From a virus (lineage: Duplodnaviria; Caudoviricetes), in the IMG/VR virus record IMGVR_UViG_3300016649_000227, positions 1 to 26,484 of that record: 26,484 nt of DNA; one strand, 5' to 3'. The notes beneath the pieces were generated by a model. It had not been told where the DNA came from and did not search any database. It was given only the letters and a program-made list of their open reading frames with translations. Position numbers and translations under genes: made by a program. This document shows, one piece after another, positions 8,772-17,523 of this stretch. Each line of letters starts with the position of its first letter. The first letter of the stretch is position 1.

Positions 8772-9170
8772 TTACTTGGTTTGCCACATTCTATATTGCC
8801 CAGCGGCGCCTATTTCCGTTTCATATTCTTTAGGTTTGCCATCGGCTATTAACTGAAGAGATTTTTTCCATTCAGTTATCGCACATTTAAACTTAACTGA
8901 AATGGTGTGTTCTCCTTGGGGTAAGTAAAAATCTACATATTGATTTTGTTGCAAGCCAGCAATTTCTTTTTCATCTACGTTAAGCACTAACGGGCAGCCT
9001 TTCCCTAAACCAGAGCCAGTAAGTTGTGAAGCTCTGTGAACGCGGACATGAGTAAGATCCCCTTTCACCGTAGTCAGGTTCGTATCATAAATTGTACTTG
9101 TTGCCTCATAAGGCTTAGCGGCGCATCCGGTTATCCCAATAACCAGTACCATTATAAAAAACCTATTCAT
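8772..9170 (-). CDS. Predicted lipoprotein (moron gene 2)
   Basis: MNRFFIMVLVIGITG-C lipobox; AT-rich; interrupts the usual K-I adjacency. Confidence 0.8.
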   Translation of the reverse strand: MNRFFIMVLVIGITGCAAKPYEATSTIYDTNLTTVKGDLTHVRVHRASQLTGSGLGKGCPLVLNVDEKEIAGLQQNQYVDFYLPQGEHTISVKFKCAITEWKKSLQLIADGKPKEYETEIGAAGQYRMWQTK

Positions 9171-9178
9171 TTTGTACC

Positions 9179-9517
9179 TTATTTGTAAGAGGACTGAGTA
9201 ACAACTTTTTTATTATCTGGCTCCGAACACGAAACCATGACAACACCGTCATTTGTCCATATCTTGACAATATAAAGCACATTTGTATCAACAATCTCTT
9301 TTGCTGGGTAGCTTCCGATAACTTGGTTATACGCGCTACTTGCATTTAATTTACATTCTTCAAAAGATATGCTTTCTACACTTTTAGTCACTGGTGCCTC
9401 TTGCTCAGGGTATTGGCCCATTGAATCCATAGAGTTCAGTTGATCTTTTGTATAAGTTGAAGATGCAAGTGCATTAGCAGCGAATATCATTAATCCAATT
9501 AATAAAATCTTTTTCAT
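9179..9517 (-). CDS. Predicted periplasmic/secreted protein (moron gene 1)
   Basis: Signal peptide MKKILLIGLMIFAANALA-S; strong RBS AAGGAG; two Cys; AT-rich. Confidence 0.8.
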   Translation of the reverse strand: MKKILLIGLMIFAANALASSTYTKDQLNSMDSMGQYPEQEAPVTKSVESISFEECKLNASSAYNQVIGSYPAKEIVDTNVLYIVKIWTNDGVVMVSCSEPDNKKVVTQSSYK

Positions 9518-9547
9518 ATCCCCACTCCTTAAGTAACAGTTCGTTAC

Positions 9548-9576
9548 ATCGTAGCAGAGGAATTATTTAAGTCTAA
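9548..9576 (-). promoter_or_regulatory. Putative sigma70 promoter of the moron
   Basis: Minus strand TTAGAC-17 nt-TACGAT with extended -10 TG (TGCTACGAT). Confidence 0.5.
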
Positions 9577-9580
9577 ATAG

Positions 9581-10291
9581 TTAGATCAGATCTTTGTGCC
9601 TGACAATTTTCATGGTTCGTTCCTGCCAGTATCCGCCATAAGGAACTCGGTTACTGAGCATGCCGTACATATGGTGCAGTAGCATGTTGCCTTCGAGCAG
9701 GATCCCCGCGTGGTTCCACTTATTGGACTGAACTTGCATGATCACCATATCGCCCGGCATTGCTGGCCCGCTGAATTCGCGAAACCCACATTCAAACCAG
9801 CAGTCATGATAAAAGTTATTCGGATAGTCATTCTCCCACCACGGATAATCGACACGATAATCGGCCAACTCAATGCCGTGCGTCTGTCGGAAATAGCTCA
9901 TCACCAGCCCCCAGCAGTCCGTGTGTCCGAGCACAAATGGTCGCTCGAGCAAGGGCAATTCACCGCGCGGCTGAATGGTACGAAAATCCCCCTCCGGCCA
10001 GCTCACGATGTGCCAGGGTAATTCTGTTGCGTCGCACTGCGCCTTATCCAGTTCGCTGGGCTGAGTCGTTGCATCTGGGTGACTGTGAACGATGGAAATA
10101 ACCGTTCCCCAATCCTCAGCATCAGCATATCCCACAGGATCAAGATGAAAATCTTCTGTAGGATTGGCTGCCAGATTGGCACAGGGAAAATAGCGTTCAA
10201 CCCGGCTTTTCTGCGCTACCACGCCACAACATTCGTGCGGGTAGCTCTGCCGGGCATGTTCAAAAATAGCCTGCAGGGTTTTATCACGCAT
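9581..10291 (-). CDS. K: Tail assembly protein K (JAB/MPN + NlpC/P60)
   Basis: YPHECCG, IVHSHPD..PSELD (JAMM), DCWGLV, NHAGI, LHH. Confidence 0.95.
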   Translation of the reverse strand: MRDKTLQAIFEHARQSYPHECCGVVAQKSRVERYFPCANLAANPTEDFHLDPVGYADAEDWGTVISIVHSHPDATTQPSELDKAQCDATELPWHIVSWPEGDFRTIQPRGELPLLERPFVLGHTDCWGLVMSYFRQTHGIELADYRVDYPWWENDYPNNFYHDCWFECGFREFSGPAMPGDMVIMQVQSNKWNHAGILLEGNMLLHHMYGMLSNRVPYGGYWQERTMKIVRHKDLI

Positions 10292-10292
10292 A

Positions 10293-11051
10293 TCAGCTCT
10301 TAATCAGAGAGGTGCCAGGGAAGCCGCCGAACGACAATTCATTATTTGCGCCAAACCGAGGCTTACACCCCGTGTTCAGCGTGCCATTGCACACGTCGAG
10401 CGAGGGATCGCTAACCGGATTACCGTGCTTATCGAAATAGTTGGTACCGGCATAATCGCAGCCATCACCTGAACGGTATTTGCCACGGATGCACCAGGTG
10501 CAGAGAGAATGAAGCTGCCGCGTCGGGATCATCAATCCCTGTAAATCCATCGGGCTGGTCAGCGTGAACTCAACAGAAATGTTGGTTTCCATGCTCTTGC
10601 TGTCGATGTAGAAAACCTGCAGCTTTTCCTGACTGGCGTCCGCCGTGGCATTCCCGCCCGCAAAGTTTCGGGCATCGAGGTACTGCGCCAGCGTGTCGTG
10701 AATCGTTACCACTGCCTGAAGCATGTCATCGTAAGCCAGACAAAGCGCGGTAATCGACCCGTCAAGATTCGCCACAGTCAGTTTCGGCTGAGCGCCGCTG
10801 CCGCTGGTTGAAGCCTCAATGCCTTCAATCCGAACCGGCCATGCTGAATATTCATTACCTTGCCACCAGATGGATTTCGCAGGCAGTTTCGATTCATCTC
10901 CACCTGCTGCTACAATTTCGGCTTCGGTGTAAACCAGATTGTAATTATGAAATCTGATGACTTCGCCGGTGCCAAAGGCAGTGCCGTCAACTTCAAAAAG
11001 CCGGACAGTGTCGCCCGGCTCTAATTTCTGATAATCGTTGTTTATGCTCAT
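10293..11051 (-). CDS. L: Minor tail protein L
   Basis: QPKLTVANLDG, four conserved Cys (CTW..YRSGDGC, DVC, GC), FGGFPG. Confidence 0.95.
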   Translation of the reverse strand: MSINNDYQKLEPGDTVRLFEVDGTAFGTGEVIRFHNYNLVYTEAEIVAAGGDESKLPAKSIWWQGNEYSAWPVRIEGIEASTSGSGAQPKLTVANLDGSITALCLAYDDMLQAVVTIHDTLAQYLDARNFAGGNATADASQEKLQVFYIDSKSMETNISVEFTLTSPMDLQGLMIPTRQLHSLCTWCIRGKYRSGDGCDYAGTNYFDKHGNPVSDPSLDVCNGTLNTGCKPRFGANNELSFGGFPGTSLIKS

Positions 11052-11386
11052 GGTTTGAATGCCTGCACAAAGGTCGCATCAAGGTTATATTTACCATTCC
11101 CTAATGCGGTTGGCTTATATGTCTCACATCGAAAAAATCCAAGAGACTCAAGGGGTGGTGTCCACAGAAAAGATTTTTTACCTGCATGTGAATCAAGGAA
11201 ATTTTTGATTGCTGAAATGTAAGACTCGTTGCCGGTAAAACTTAACGTCCATTCCTGACTTCTCGCATTTAATCCATCAGCGGCAACCTGAGTGTAGCCA
11301 TCGCCAAACTGTGCCTTGCGAATACGAAATGTCGTGTCCGCCTCTGCGTTCAGGCGCGGGCACCATGTAAATGTTTCAATAGCCAT
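11048..11386 (-). CDS. M: Minor tail protein M (distal tail)
   Basis: ETFTWCP, AQFGDGYTQ..DGLN, FLWTPP. Confidence 0.93.
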   Translation of the reverse strand: MAIETFTWCPRLNAEADTTFRIRKAQFGDGYTQVAADGLNARSQEWTLSFTGNESYISAIKNFLDSHAGKKSFLWTPPLESLGFFRCETYKPTALGNGKYNLDATFVQAFKP

Positions 11387-11389
11387 TTA

Positions 11390-14300
11390 TCACCTGCTTT
11401 TCATTGCATTCCAGATGTCACCGCCCGGGCGTAAATCTTTCATCTTTTCCTGCTGATAAAGTTGCTTTACATAGGTGGCGATCTGCGTTCCGAACTGTTC
11501 CCAACCATCGGAGGATTTAGAACTGGAGTTACCGTTCCCATCAATAGAGATGTAAACCTGAGGTGCACCACCTGAATTACCGGAAGAGTTACCCCCACCC
11601 ACCGCTCTCACGCCGAGAGAACCGTCAGCTGCACGGGTAAGTGGCATAATGGCTTCCGGCCCCGCCTCACCAAACACACCAGCACCCTGAGCAAAAGCAA
11701 ACATAGTAGGCGCGTTGTAGACCCCGCCGCTGAACGAATTCAGGGACGGTGAATCGTAGACGCCGCCTTTGGCGTTAAAACTCAGATTGCTATACGCACC
11801 AGAAGAGAATGAGCTGGACGCTGCCGCGCCGGATGTACCTGAACCGCCGAAGTAACTCGCAACGCCGCTAACCAAAGAGCCGAATAAACCAGATGACGAA
11901 GAAGAAGAACCGCCTCCCATAGCGCTGACTACCGCCATCTGAAGCGCCACTTTTTCAATAATCTGCAGGAGAGAAACACCCCATGATTTCCAGCTCACTT
12001 TATTGCCTTCCAGCATTGAAGTGACGTTGGTGAACGCGCTATCAAGGGTACTTTTCACGCCATCTGAAACGGTTCCTGATACATTACTGACTTCCTCTAG
12101 CCAGTTGTTGTATCCCTTAGAAGCACCAGACATCCAGTCTGCCTCTGCTGCGGCTACAGCCTGATATTTTTTGTCCAGCGCTTCAAGAGCTGCTTGCTGA
12201 GCTGCTACAGCTTGGGAGTTGTTTTCACCACCCGCTTTTTCAAAAACTCTACCAATCTGCTGAGTCTCATCAAATCGGGACCGCTGCCGGTCACTCAGTC
12301 CAGCCGTTTCGGTTGTCAGCGCCGCCTCATCCCGGTATTTTCTGGCGGCATCCGTTAAGTCCTTCAAAGCATCGGCCTGTTCGCGCTGTTTCCTGACAGT
12401 TTCGTCAGCGCGCTGATTCCACTTGGCGAGCTCAGCAGATGAAGCCTGAATGGCTTTGCGCTGTTCGTCCGTCCATTTGGTGCCGGCCTGGTGAGAGGCA
12501 GCATAAAGCTCAGAAGCCTTTTCACCTTCAGTGGCCCTGACCTTTTGAACCTCGATAGCGACCGTCAGATCGGCCATTTTGCGACTGTATTGCTCGGCGA
12601 CTGTCGCCGCTTCACGCTCTGCCTTGTTCTGGGCATTGGTGGCGGCAGTGCCGTCCTTTTTGGCCTGTGCGGCTGCGGCATCCTTTTTGGCTGCCTGATC
12701 TTTGTTGTAGATGTAAGTCGTATAGAGTGCGCCGGTAAGTTTCAGGTCCTCGGCTTCATAAACATATTGCTGATGGAGCTTTTGCAGCCCTGAAAGGTTG
12801 GCTAACTCGTTTTCACGCCGGGATTTTTCAACTGCGGTGGATTGCTGAGGAGTGGTATTCGCGGTTGAAACTACAGGCCCAGCATACTGGGGCGGCGTGG
12901 CACCGGCAGTCGCGGACATTGACCGGTTAAGCAGGTCATATGCACCTTTCAGAATGGAGACAGCTCCAGCCTGTTCGATAGCCTTTTTAGTTGCCAGATC
13001 ACTGGCGTCATTGACTAACTTTTGAGTGCTGGCCACTTTCGCCGCAGCATTCTCGCGTTCGTATTCCAGTTTATTCAGCTTGTCGGTCAGTTCGATGTTT
13101 TTAGCGGTGATGTCCGCCTGATCCATGAACGTGTTCAACTGGGTTACGGTCGGGTGTGCGTTATAGTCCTGCTGGATCTGATCCAACCCTTTCAGACTGT
13201 CTTTCACTTTAGCAATCTGAACATCCAGATCGGCAAGGTCGCTTTTCTGTGCGGCCAGAGAAGAACGCGCGTCACCGGCTGTAGCCTTCAGGCCAAGTAC
13301 CGACATGGTCTGAAGTTTGCCGTTTATCTCATCGAGATTATTGGCGAAGCTCACGGCTTCCTGATGAACCTGCTGTGTATGCTGGTACAGACCATACATT
13401 GCCGTTCCGGCCGAAATAATAAGGCCTGGCCAACCGCCGAGCAGGCTAAGAACGCCGCCACCAAGCCGGTTCATGACTGATGCTGTGTTATTCAGCTGGC
13501 TCATCGCCGCAGAACGCCCGCTGATAGCGCTGTTCAGTGATGTCTGGGCTGCAGCTAAATTCCGTTCAGCGAGAATTTGTGCCTCAATGGATGTTGCGGC
13601 AGCCCTTGCCTGTTGTGCCCTATAAACAGTCTGGCGTGCAGCGGCCACGCTGACTTGGGCGCCACGTACCTGCGCCTGTGCCAGCGCCACCTCAGCGGCT
13701 GTGTTTGAGATTACTGCGGCCGTAGACTGGGCCACACTCCCCACCATATTCCCGAAGTACCGGGCAATGCCCAATCCAACCAGCGCGCCAGTAACATTGG
13801 CAACGGTATTAATGTTTTTCGCCAGTCCATCCAGCACGCCAGACAGACTCGATGACGCGCCAACCGCATCATTCGCACCGCCCACCCATGCGAGGAATGC
13901 ATTTTGCACTTTCTGCGCGGATCCGCTGATCGACGCCGGGAGGGTTTCAAACTCTTTTCTCAGTACCTGAACATTGGTCAGCAACGGGATTATCTTATCA
14001 GTCGTCAACTCGCCGTTGTTTGCCATGTTTCGGAGACCGCCAACCGTGGTACCCAAACCATCTGCAAGAAGCTTCGCCAACCGACCGCCACTCTCCATAA
14101 TGGCGTTGAATTCTTCACCACGTAAAACGCCGGAACCTAATGCCTGGCTGAGCTGCGTGATCACGGAACTGGCTTCTTCTGTGCTCGCCCCTGACAGTTT
14201 CAGCGACGTGGCCACGGTTTCCGTGACCTTCGCAACGTCTGAAGATGCATAGCCTGCGGCACGTAGCGCCTGGGCAATACGGCTGTAAAGGTTGCTGTTT

Positions 14301-14683
14301 GCCTCGAGAGAAGTCCCCGTACGTTGGCTGATTTCCATCAACGTACGCTGTGATGTGGCGTAATCATCTGCTGAGGTTGAAGCCAGGCGCAGCCGTCCGT
14401 TTAGTTGATTCCATGTGTCAGCAAATTCAATAAGTTGGTGTGTGGCGAACGCCCCAGCAAAAGCGCCAGCCAGACCGGCAGCCGAAGACTTAACAGAAGC
14501 GAGTTCACCGCTTAAATCGCTGATAGCGCGCTGCGTTTCACGCGTAGCCGCCGCGGCTTTCTTACCGCCCTGCTCCATCGTTTTGTAATAATCGGCCCCC
14601 ATTCGGGAAGCACGGGAAATTTCAGACTGAAATGAACTGGAGTTCGCTGAAATTTTGATAATAAGTTCGCGCAGCGTAGCCAT
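11390..14683 (-). CDS. H: Tail tape measure protein
   Basis: 1097 aa Ala-rich helical protein; QLSQALGSGVLRGEEFNAIME, NAKGGVY, GEAGPEAIMPL. Confidence 0.96.
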   Translation of the reverse strand: MATLRELIIKISANSSSFQSEISRASRMGADYYKTMEQGGKKAAAATRETQRAISDLSGELASVKSSAAGLAGAFAGAFATHQLIEFADTWNQLNGRLRLASTSADDYATSQRTLMEISQRTGTSLEANSNLYSRIAQALRAAGYASSDVAKVTETVATSLKLSGASTEEASSVITQLSQALGSGVLRGEEFNAIMESGGRLAKLLADGLGTTVGGLRNMANNGELTTDKIIPLLTNVQVLRKEFETLPASISGSAQKVQNAFLAWVGGANDAVGASSSLSGVLDGLAKNINTVANVTGALVGLGIARYFGNMVGSVAQSTAAVISNTAAEVALAQAQVRGAQVSVAAARQTVYRAQQARAAATSIEAQILAERNLAAAQTSLNSAISGRSAAMSQLNNTASVMNRLGGGVLSLLGGWPGLIISAGTAMYGLYQHTQQVHQEAVSFANNLDEINGKLQTMSVLGLKATAGDARSSLAAQKSDLADLDVQIAKVKDSLKGLDQIQQDYNAHPTVTQLNTFMDQADITAKNIELTDKLNKLEYERENAAAKVASTQKLVNDASDLATKKAIEQAGAVSILKGAYDLLNRSMSATAGATPPQYAGPVVSTANTTPQQSTAVEKSRRENELANLSGLQKLHQQYVYEAEDLKLTGALYTTYIYNKDQAAKKDAAAAQAKKDGTAATNAQNKAEREAATVAEQYSRKMADLTVAIEVQKVRATEGEKASELYAASHQAGTKWTDEQRKAIQASSAELAKWNQRADETVRKQREQADALKDLTDAARKYRDEAALTTETAGLSDRQRSRFDETQQIGRVFEKAGGENNSQAVAAQQAALEALDKKYQAVAAAEADWMSGASKGYNNWLEEVSNVSGTVSDGVKSTLDSAFTNVTSMLEGNKVSWKSWGVSLLQIIEKVALQMAVVSAMGGGSSSSSSGLFGSLVSGVASYFGGSGTSGAAASSSFSSGAYSNLSFNAKGGVYDSPSLNSFSGGVYNAPTMFAFAQGAGVFGEAGPEAIMPLTRAADGSLGVRAVGGGNSSGNSGGAPQVYISIDGNGNSSSKSSDGWEQFGTQIATYVKQLYQQEKMKDLRPGGDIWNAMKSR

Positions 14684-14714
14684 ATTTCACCCATAAACCC
14701 CGCCTGCGCGGGTA

Positions 14715-15011
14715 TCAAAGACCGCCTAAAAACTCTTCAAAATCACTAATTTCTTTCTCTTCTTCCGTCTGGCCCCACTTCAGCAGCACATCGTTTAAGC
14801 TGAGTTTTCCGCCCTGTGCATTGATAGTTGCGGTCGCGACTTGCGCAGCCTGAACATCACCGCGCCAGTCGCCGATAGGGCTTAACCGGTCATAGGCGAT
14901 CCACATTTTCAATTCACTGGCGGTAAGGGTTTGGCGGAGTTCGTGAACGGTGCGCCCCAGACGGAGCGCCAGAGAGAAGAGGAAGAAGGTCAGCGGCTCT
15001 TTTACTTTTTT
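14715..15011 (-). CDS. T: Tail assembly chaperone T segment, expressed as a G-T fusion by -1 frameshift
   Basis: The -1 frame after the slippery site reads VKEPLTFFLFSLALRLGRTVHELRQTLTASELKMWIAYDRLSPIGDWRGD..., in frame with ORF 14715..14912. Confidence 0.88.
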   Translation of the reverse strand, partial: KKVKEPLTFFLFSLALRLGRTVHELRQTLTASELKMWIAYDRLSPIGDWRGDVQAAQVATATINAQGGKLSLNDVLLKWGQTEEEKEISDFEEFLGGL

Positions 15012-15400
15012 TCAGCAGATTCCTGACTCAGGCCTAAGGCCAGCGCCTGTTGTAGTAATCGCACATGGACGGGCCCGTAAATTTCCGAGACCTGCTCTTT
15101 ATCTTCCGTTGAAAACACTTGTTCGCCGTTCTCATCCAGCAACACATCGATAAACAGGATCACATCAGCGTCACGGTTACGAATGAAGGTTTCAGTCGGG
15201 GTCAGTTTTGGCGGTTCTGTTCCTTCCGGCAGTTCGGGAGAAAGGAAGGCGCGGAAATCAACCCAGGCTTGACCAGAGGGCTCGCGCAGAGTGACCTTGA
15301 TGTTGCGCCATTCCGGTACCGAAACTTCTTTTGTGCGATATGCGCCAGACGGGGCCAAAGCCAGATCACGTAATGAGGCAGAGAGTGCCGTTTTCTTCAT
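15002..15400 (-). CDS. G: Tail assembly chaperone G
   Basis: VSVPEW..KVTLREPS, DVILFIDVLLDENG, YGPVH; lies between tail tube and tape measure. Confidence 0.9.
   Translation of the reverse strand: MKKTALSASLRDLALAPSGAYRTKEVSVPEWRNIKVTLREPSGQAWVDFRAFLSPELPEGTEPPKLTPTETFIRNRDADVILFIDVLLDENGEQVFSTEDKEQVSEIYGPVHVRLLQQALALGLSQESAEKK
15005..15011 (-). promoter_or_regulatory. -1 programmed ribosomal frameshift site A AAA AAG
   Basis: GAA AAA AAG TAA at the end of G fits the X XXY YYZ pattern. Confidence 0.88.
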
Positions 15401-15432
15401 TGTTGGGTTCTCTAAAAGTGAAGGAATTCAGG

Positions 15433-15458
15433 ATAAAAAAAAGCGGCCTGAGCCGCTT
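15433..15458 (-). terminator. Intrinsic terminator after the tail tube gene
   Basis: AAGCGGC-TCAG-GCCGCTTTTTTTTAT on the minus strand. Confidence 0.8.
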
Positions 15459-15927
15459 AGGATGTTGCCTGAATGATAGGGATCGGTTTGCCACGAACGC
15501 GCAGTGAATACGTCGCGCCGACGACGGAAGACGTAGCTGCTGACCATGAGCTTTGACGTACTTCAACAAGAATGTAGTAGCCATTGCCCGAAGCGAATTT
15601 CACGCGCAGCGCCCGCAATTCGTCATTTTCATATGCCGTCTGCAATGCGGCCTGGGCCTCTTCATCGCCAACCCAGTTACGCGTAATCGACATTTCTGAC
15701 GGTGCGGAGAGCCCGTTGGTCTGCTCCTGTTCTACAGAGCACAGGGTGGTGACATCAATGTCCCCCTTCTGGCCGCCGGTATAGGTGATTTCTTTCGTTG
15801 CACATGCGGCATCCAGCCAGGCGATCCCCACACCGGGAAAGCCAGGTGCAGTAAAATCAGCGACAGAAACCGGCGCGTCGCTGACGGCGAACGTCATACC
15901 CTTTGTGACTTCGTATTTACTCGACAT
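15457..15927 (-). CDS. Major tail (tube) protein
   Basis: MSSKYEVTKG start at 15927 with GGAG RBS; GGQKGDIDVTTLCS..EQTNGL; synteny; ends IIQATS. Confidence 0.9.
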   Translation of the reverse strand: MSSKYEVTKGMTFAVSDAPVSVADFTAPGFPGVGIAWLDAACATKEITYTGGQKGDIDVTTLCSVEQEQTNGLSAPSEMSITRNWVGDEEAQAALQTAYENDELRALRVKFASGNGYYILVEVRQSSWSAATSSVVGATYSLRVRGKPIPIIQATS

Positions 15928-15940
15928 AAGTTCTCCGGAC

Positions 15941-15965
15941 ATAAAAAAACCGCCCGTGGGCGGCT
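15941..15965 (-). terminator. Intrinsic terminator-like hairpin upstream of the tail tube gene
   Basis: AGCCGCCC-AC-GGGCGGTTTTTTTAT on the minus strand. Confidence 0.7.
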
Positions 15966-15982
15966 ATTGGTGAGGTGATGGG

Positions 15983-16330
15983 TTATTGCTGGTTCTGAAT
16001 TTCCAGCATGGCACGGTAGAGCCCCGTTTCAGACTCGTATCCGTTGGTTCGGTTAAGTTGCGTGAAATTCAGTGGCGCCAGCGCGTTTTGTACCAACTCA
16101 CGAATTGCGCGGGCTTCATCAGGCGATTTGGCGTAAACATCGACCTGAACGGAATCTGTTTCTTCTGCAGGGCCGCAAAGGGTGTCGCCAAAGTTTTCGC
16201 TGACAATACTGAAGACGATCCACGGCGCGCTGACGGCGGTTTGGCCTTCGGCATTCAGCGGTGCAACGTAGGGATAAACCTGCCCGCCCGCCAACATACC
16301 TATGAGCGCAAAAACATCGGCTTCAGTCAT
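15983..16330 (-). CDS. Tail terminator/completion protein (DUF3168-like)
   Basis: VYPYVAP, PWIVF, VQVDVYA, YESETGLYR; synteny. Confidence 0.85.
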   Translation of the reverse strand: MTEADVFALIGMLAGGQVYPYVAPLNAEGQTAVSAPWIVFSIVSENFGDTLCGPAEETDSVQVDVYAKSPDEARAIRELVQNALAPLNFTQLNRTNGYESETGLYRAMLEIQNQQ

Positions 16331-16773
16331 TTTGATAGCGCCTTATCGATAGCAAGATTGGCCTGGGAAAATGCAGCCTTTGTTGCATCATCCTGCCGGG
16401 CGTCATAAGCCGGGCGAACAAAAGGAACCTGAGCCATATAAGAAGTGCCCAACTCAACAAACCGCCAGTAAAAGGCATTCTTGCTGTCGTTGGTCTTCAT
16501 CTTGTTATCGCTGTTCCCGGTACGAGGGTTATTGCCTCGGATATGAACACCAGAGGAAATATCACCGTTTCTGTCTCGCTGAGTCATCACGACAATATTT
16601 TTCTTCAACTTACCGGTGCGAACGGGGGCCCGCTTGATCACTTCATCTTTAAAAACAGTGGCTGCGGCGCGTGTGGCATCGCGCATCACTTTTCTGTTTT
16701 CAGCTTTGCTCAGGGCTTTCAGGTCATCGGACAGGTCCAGCAAATCCGAGAAATCGAGTTTAGTGTCGATCAC
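16327..16773 (-). CDS. HK97 gp10-family neck/tail protein
   Basis: APVRTGKLKKNI, AFYWRFVELGTS, PFVRPAYD. Confidence 0.9.
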   Translation of the reverse strand: MIDTKLDFSDLLDLSDDLKALSKAENRKVMRDATRAAATVFKDEVIKRAPVRTGKLKKNIVVMTQRDRNGDISSGVHIRGNNPRTGNSDNKMKTNDSKNAFYWRFVELGTSYMAQVPFVRPAYDARQDDATKAAFSQANLAIDKALSK

Positions 16774-17108
16774 GTTTTCACCCCCTGATTACAGAGAATT
16801 TCCAACTGCGTCATTCTTGAGTCTGGGATTGGGGGACCTGATATTTCTAAAACCTGTCCTTTAAAGGGTCCTGACTCGCAGACAAGCCGGGATGAAGCGC
16901 CGACGTCATCGCGATAGCGCATCCATACACGTATTGTTGCTTCTGCCTTTTCCGCCCCGGACGCCACAAGTTCACGCCCGCTTATGCCTCTCACTTCCGC
17001 CCATACGGTTGCCGTGTCCGACCAGACCTTTTCCGGTTGTCCAGACGGCTTTCTGGTTTCAATAAAATTCTGAATAGTTACCCGATCGCGAAGTCGTCCG
17101 GCCTGCAT
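16770..17108 (-). CDS. Head closure / head-tail adaptor
   Basis: MQAGRLRDRVTIQ, TVWAEV..ISGRE, IRVWMRYR. Confidence 0.9.
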   Translation of the reverse strand: MQAGRLRDRVTIQNFIETRKPSGQPEKVWSDTATVWAEVRGISGRELVASGAEKAEATIRVWMRYRDDVGASSRLVCESGPFKGQVLEISGPPIPDSRMTQLEILCNQGVKT

Positions 17109-17118
17109 AAAGCACTCC

Positions 17119-17463
17119 TTAAAGACCGTAAATTCGATACGGCTGCAAAAGCGATTCCACTGCCAAAGGGATGGTCGAAGTGATATTCCCGATGTTTACA
17201 GCTTCCCTGTTGGCATACCAGTGGCCAATCAGCAAAAGCATCGCTGTGCGGATATCGTCATCAAGTAACAGGCGGTTTTCGTCTGTGTCGTAACCCGGAT
17301 CAGTGTTCAGTAGGTAAAGCGTCCGGCGCGTCCACGTTTCAACATAACGCTTCGCAGCACCGGTATAAATTTGGAATAACGAATCATCAAGGGTGAAATC
17401 AGGTTCAACCCGGCAATGATTTTTTACGATACCGAGATCAATAACTGCGGCGGGATCAGCCAT
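17119..17463 (-). CDS. Head-tail connector (HK97 gp6-like)
   Basis: VKNHCRVE, AMLLLIGHWYANRE, LLQPYR. Confidence 0.92.
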   Translation of the reverse strand: MADPAAVIDLGIVKNHCRVEPDFTLDDSLFQIYTGAAKRYVETWTRRTLYLLNTDPGYDTDENRLLLDDDIRTAMLLLIGHWYANREAVNIGNITSTIPLAVESLLQPYRIYGL

Positions 17464-17484
17464 CTTTTGCCCAACCTTTTACAA

Positions 17485-17508
17485 ATGAAAAAGCGGCCCG
17501 AAGGCCGC
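17485..17508 (-). terminator. Intrinsic terminator after the major capsid gene
   Basis: GCGGCC-TTCG-GGCCGCTTTTTCAT on the minus strand. Confidence 0.82.
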
Positions 17509-17523
17509 CACAAGTTGCAAAAT

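Noticed and set aside
15928-15942. Longer start (MSGEL) for the tail tube protein
   Set aside because: That ATG lies at the edge of the terminator U-tract; the GGAG RBS supports ATG at 15927
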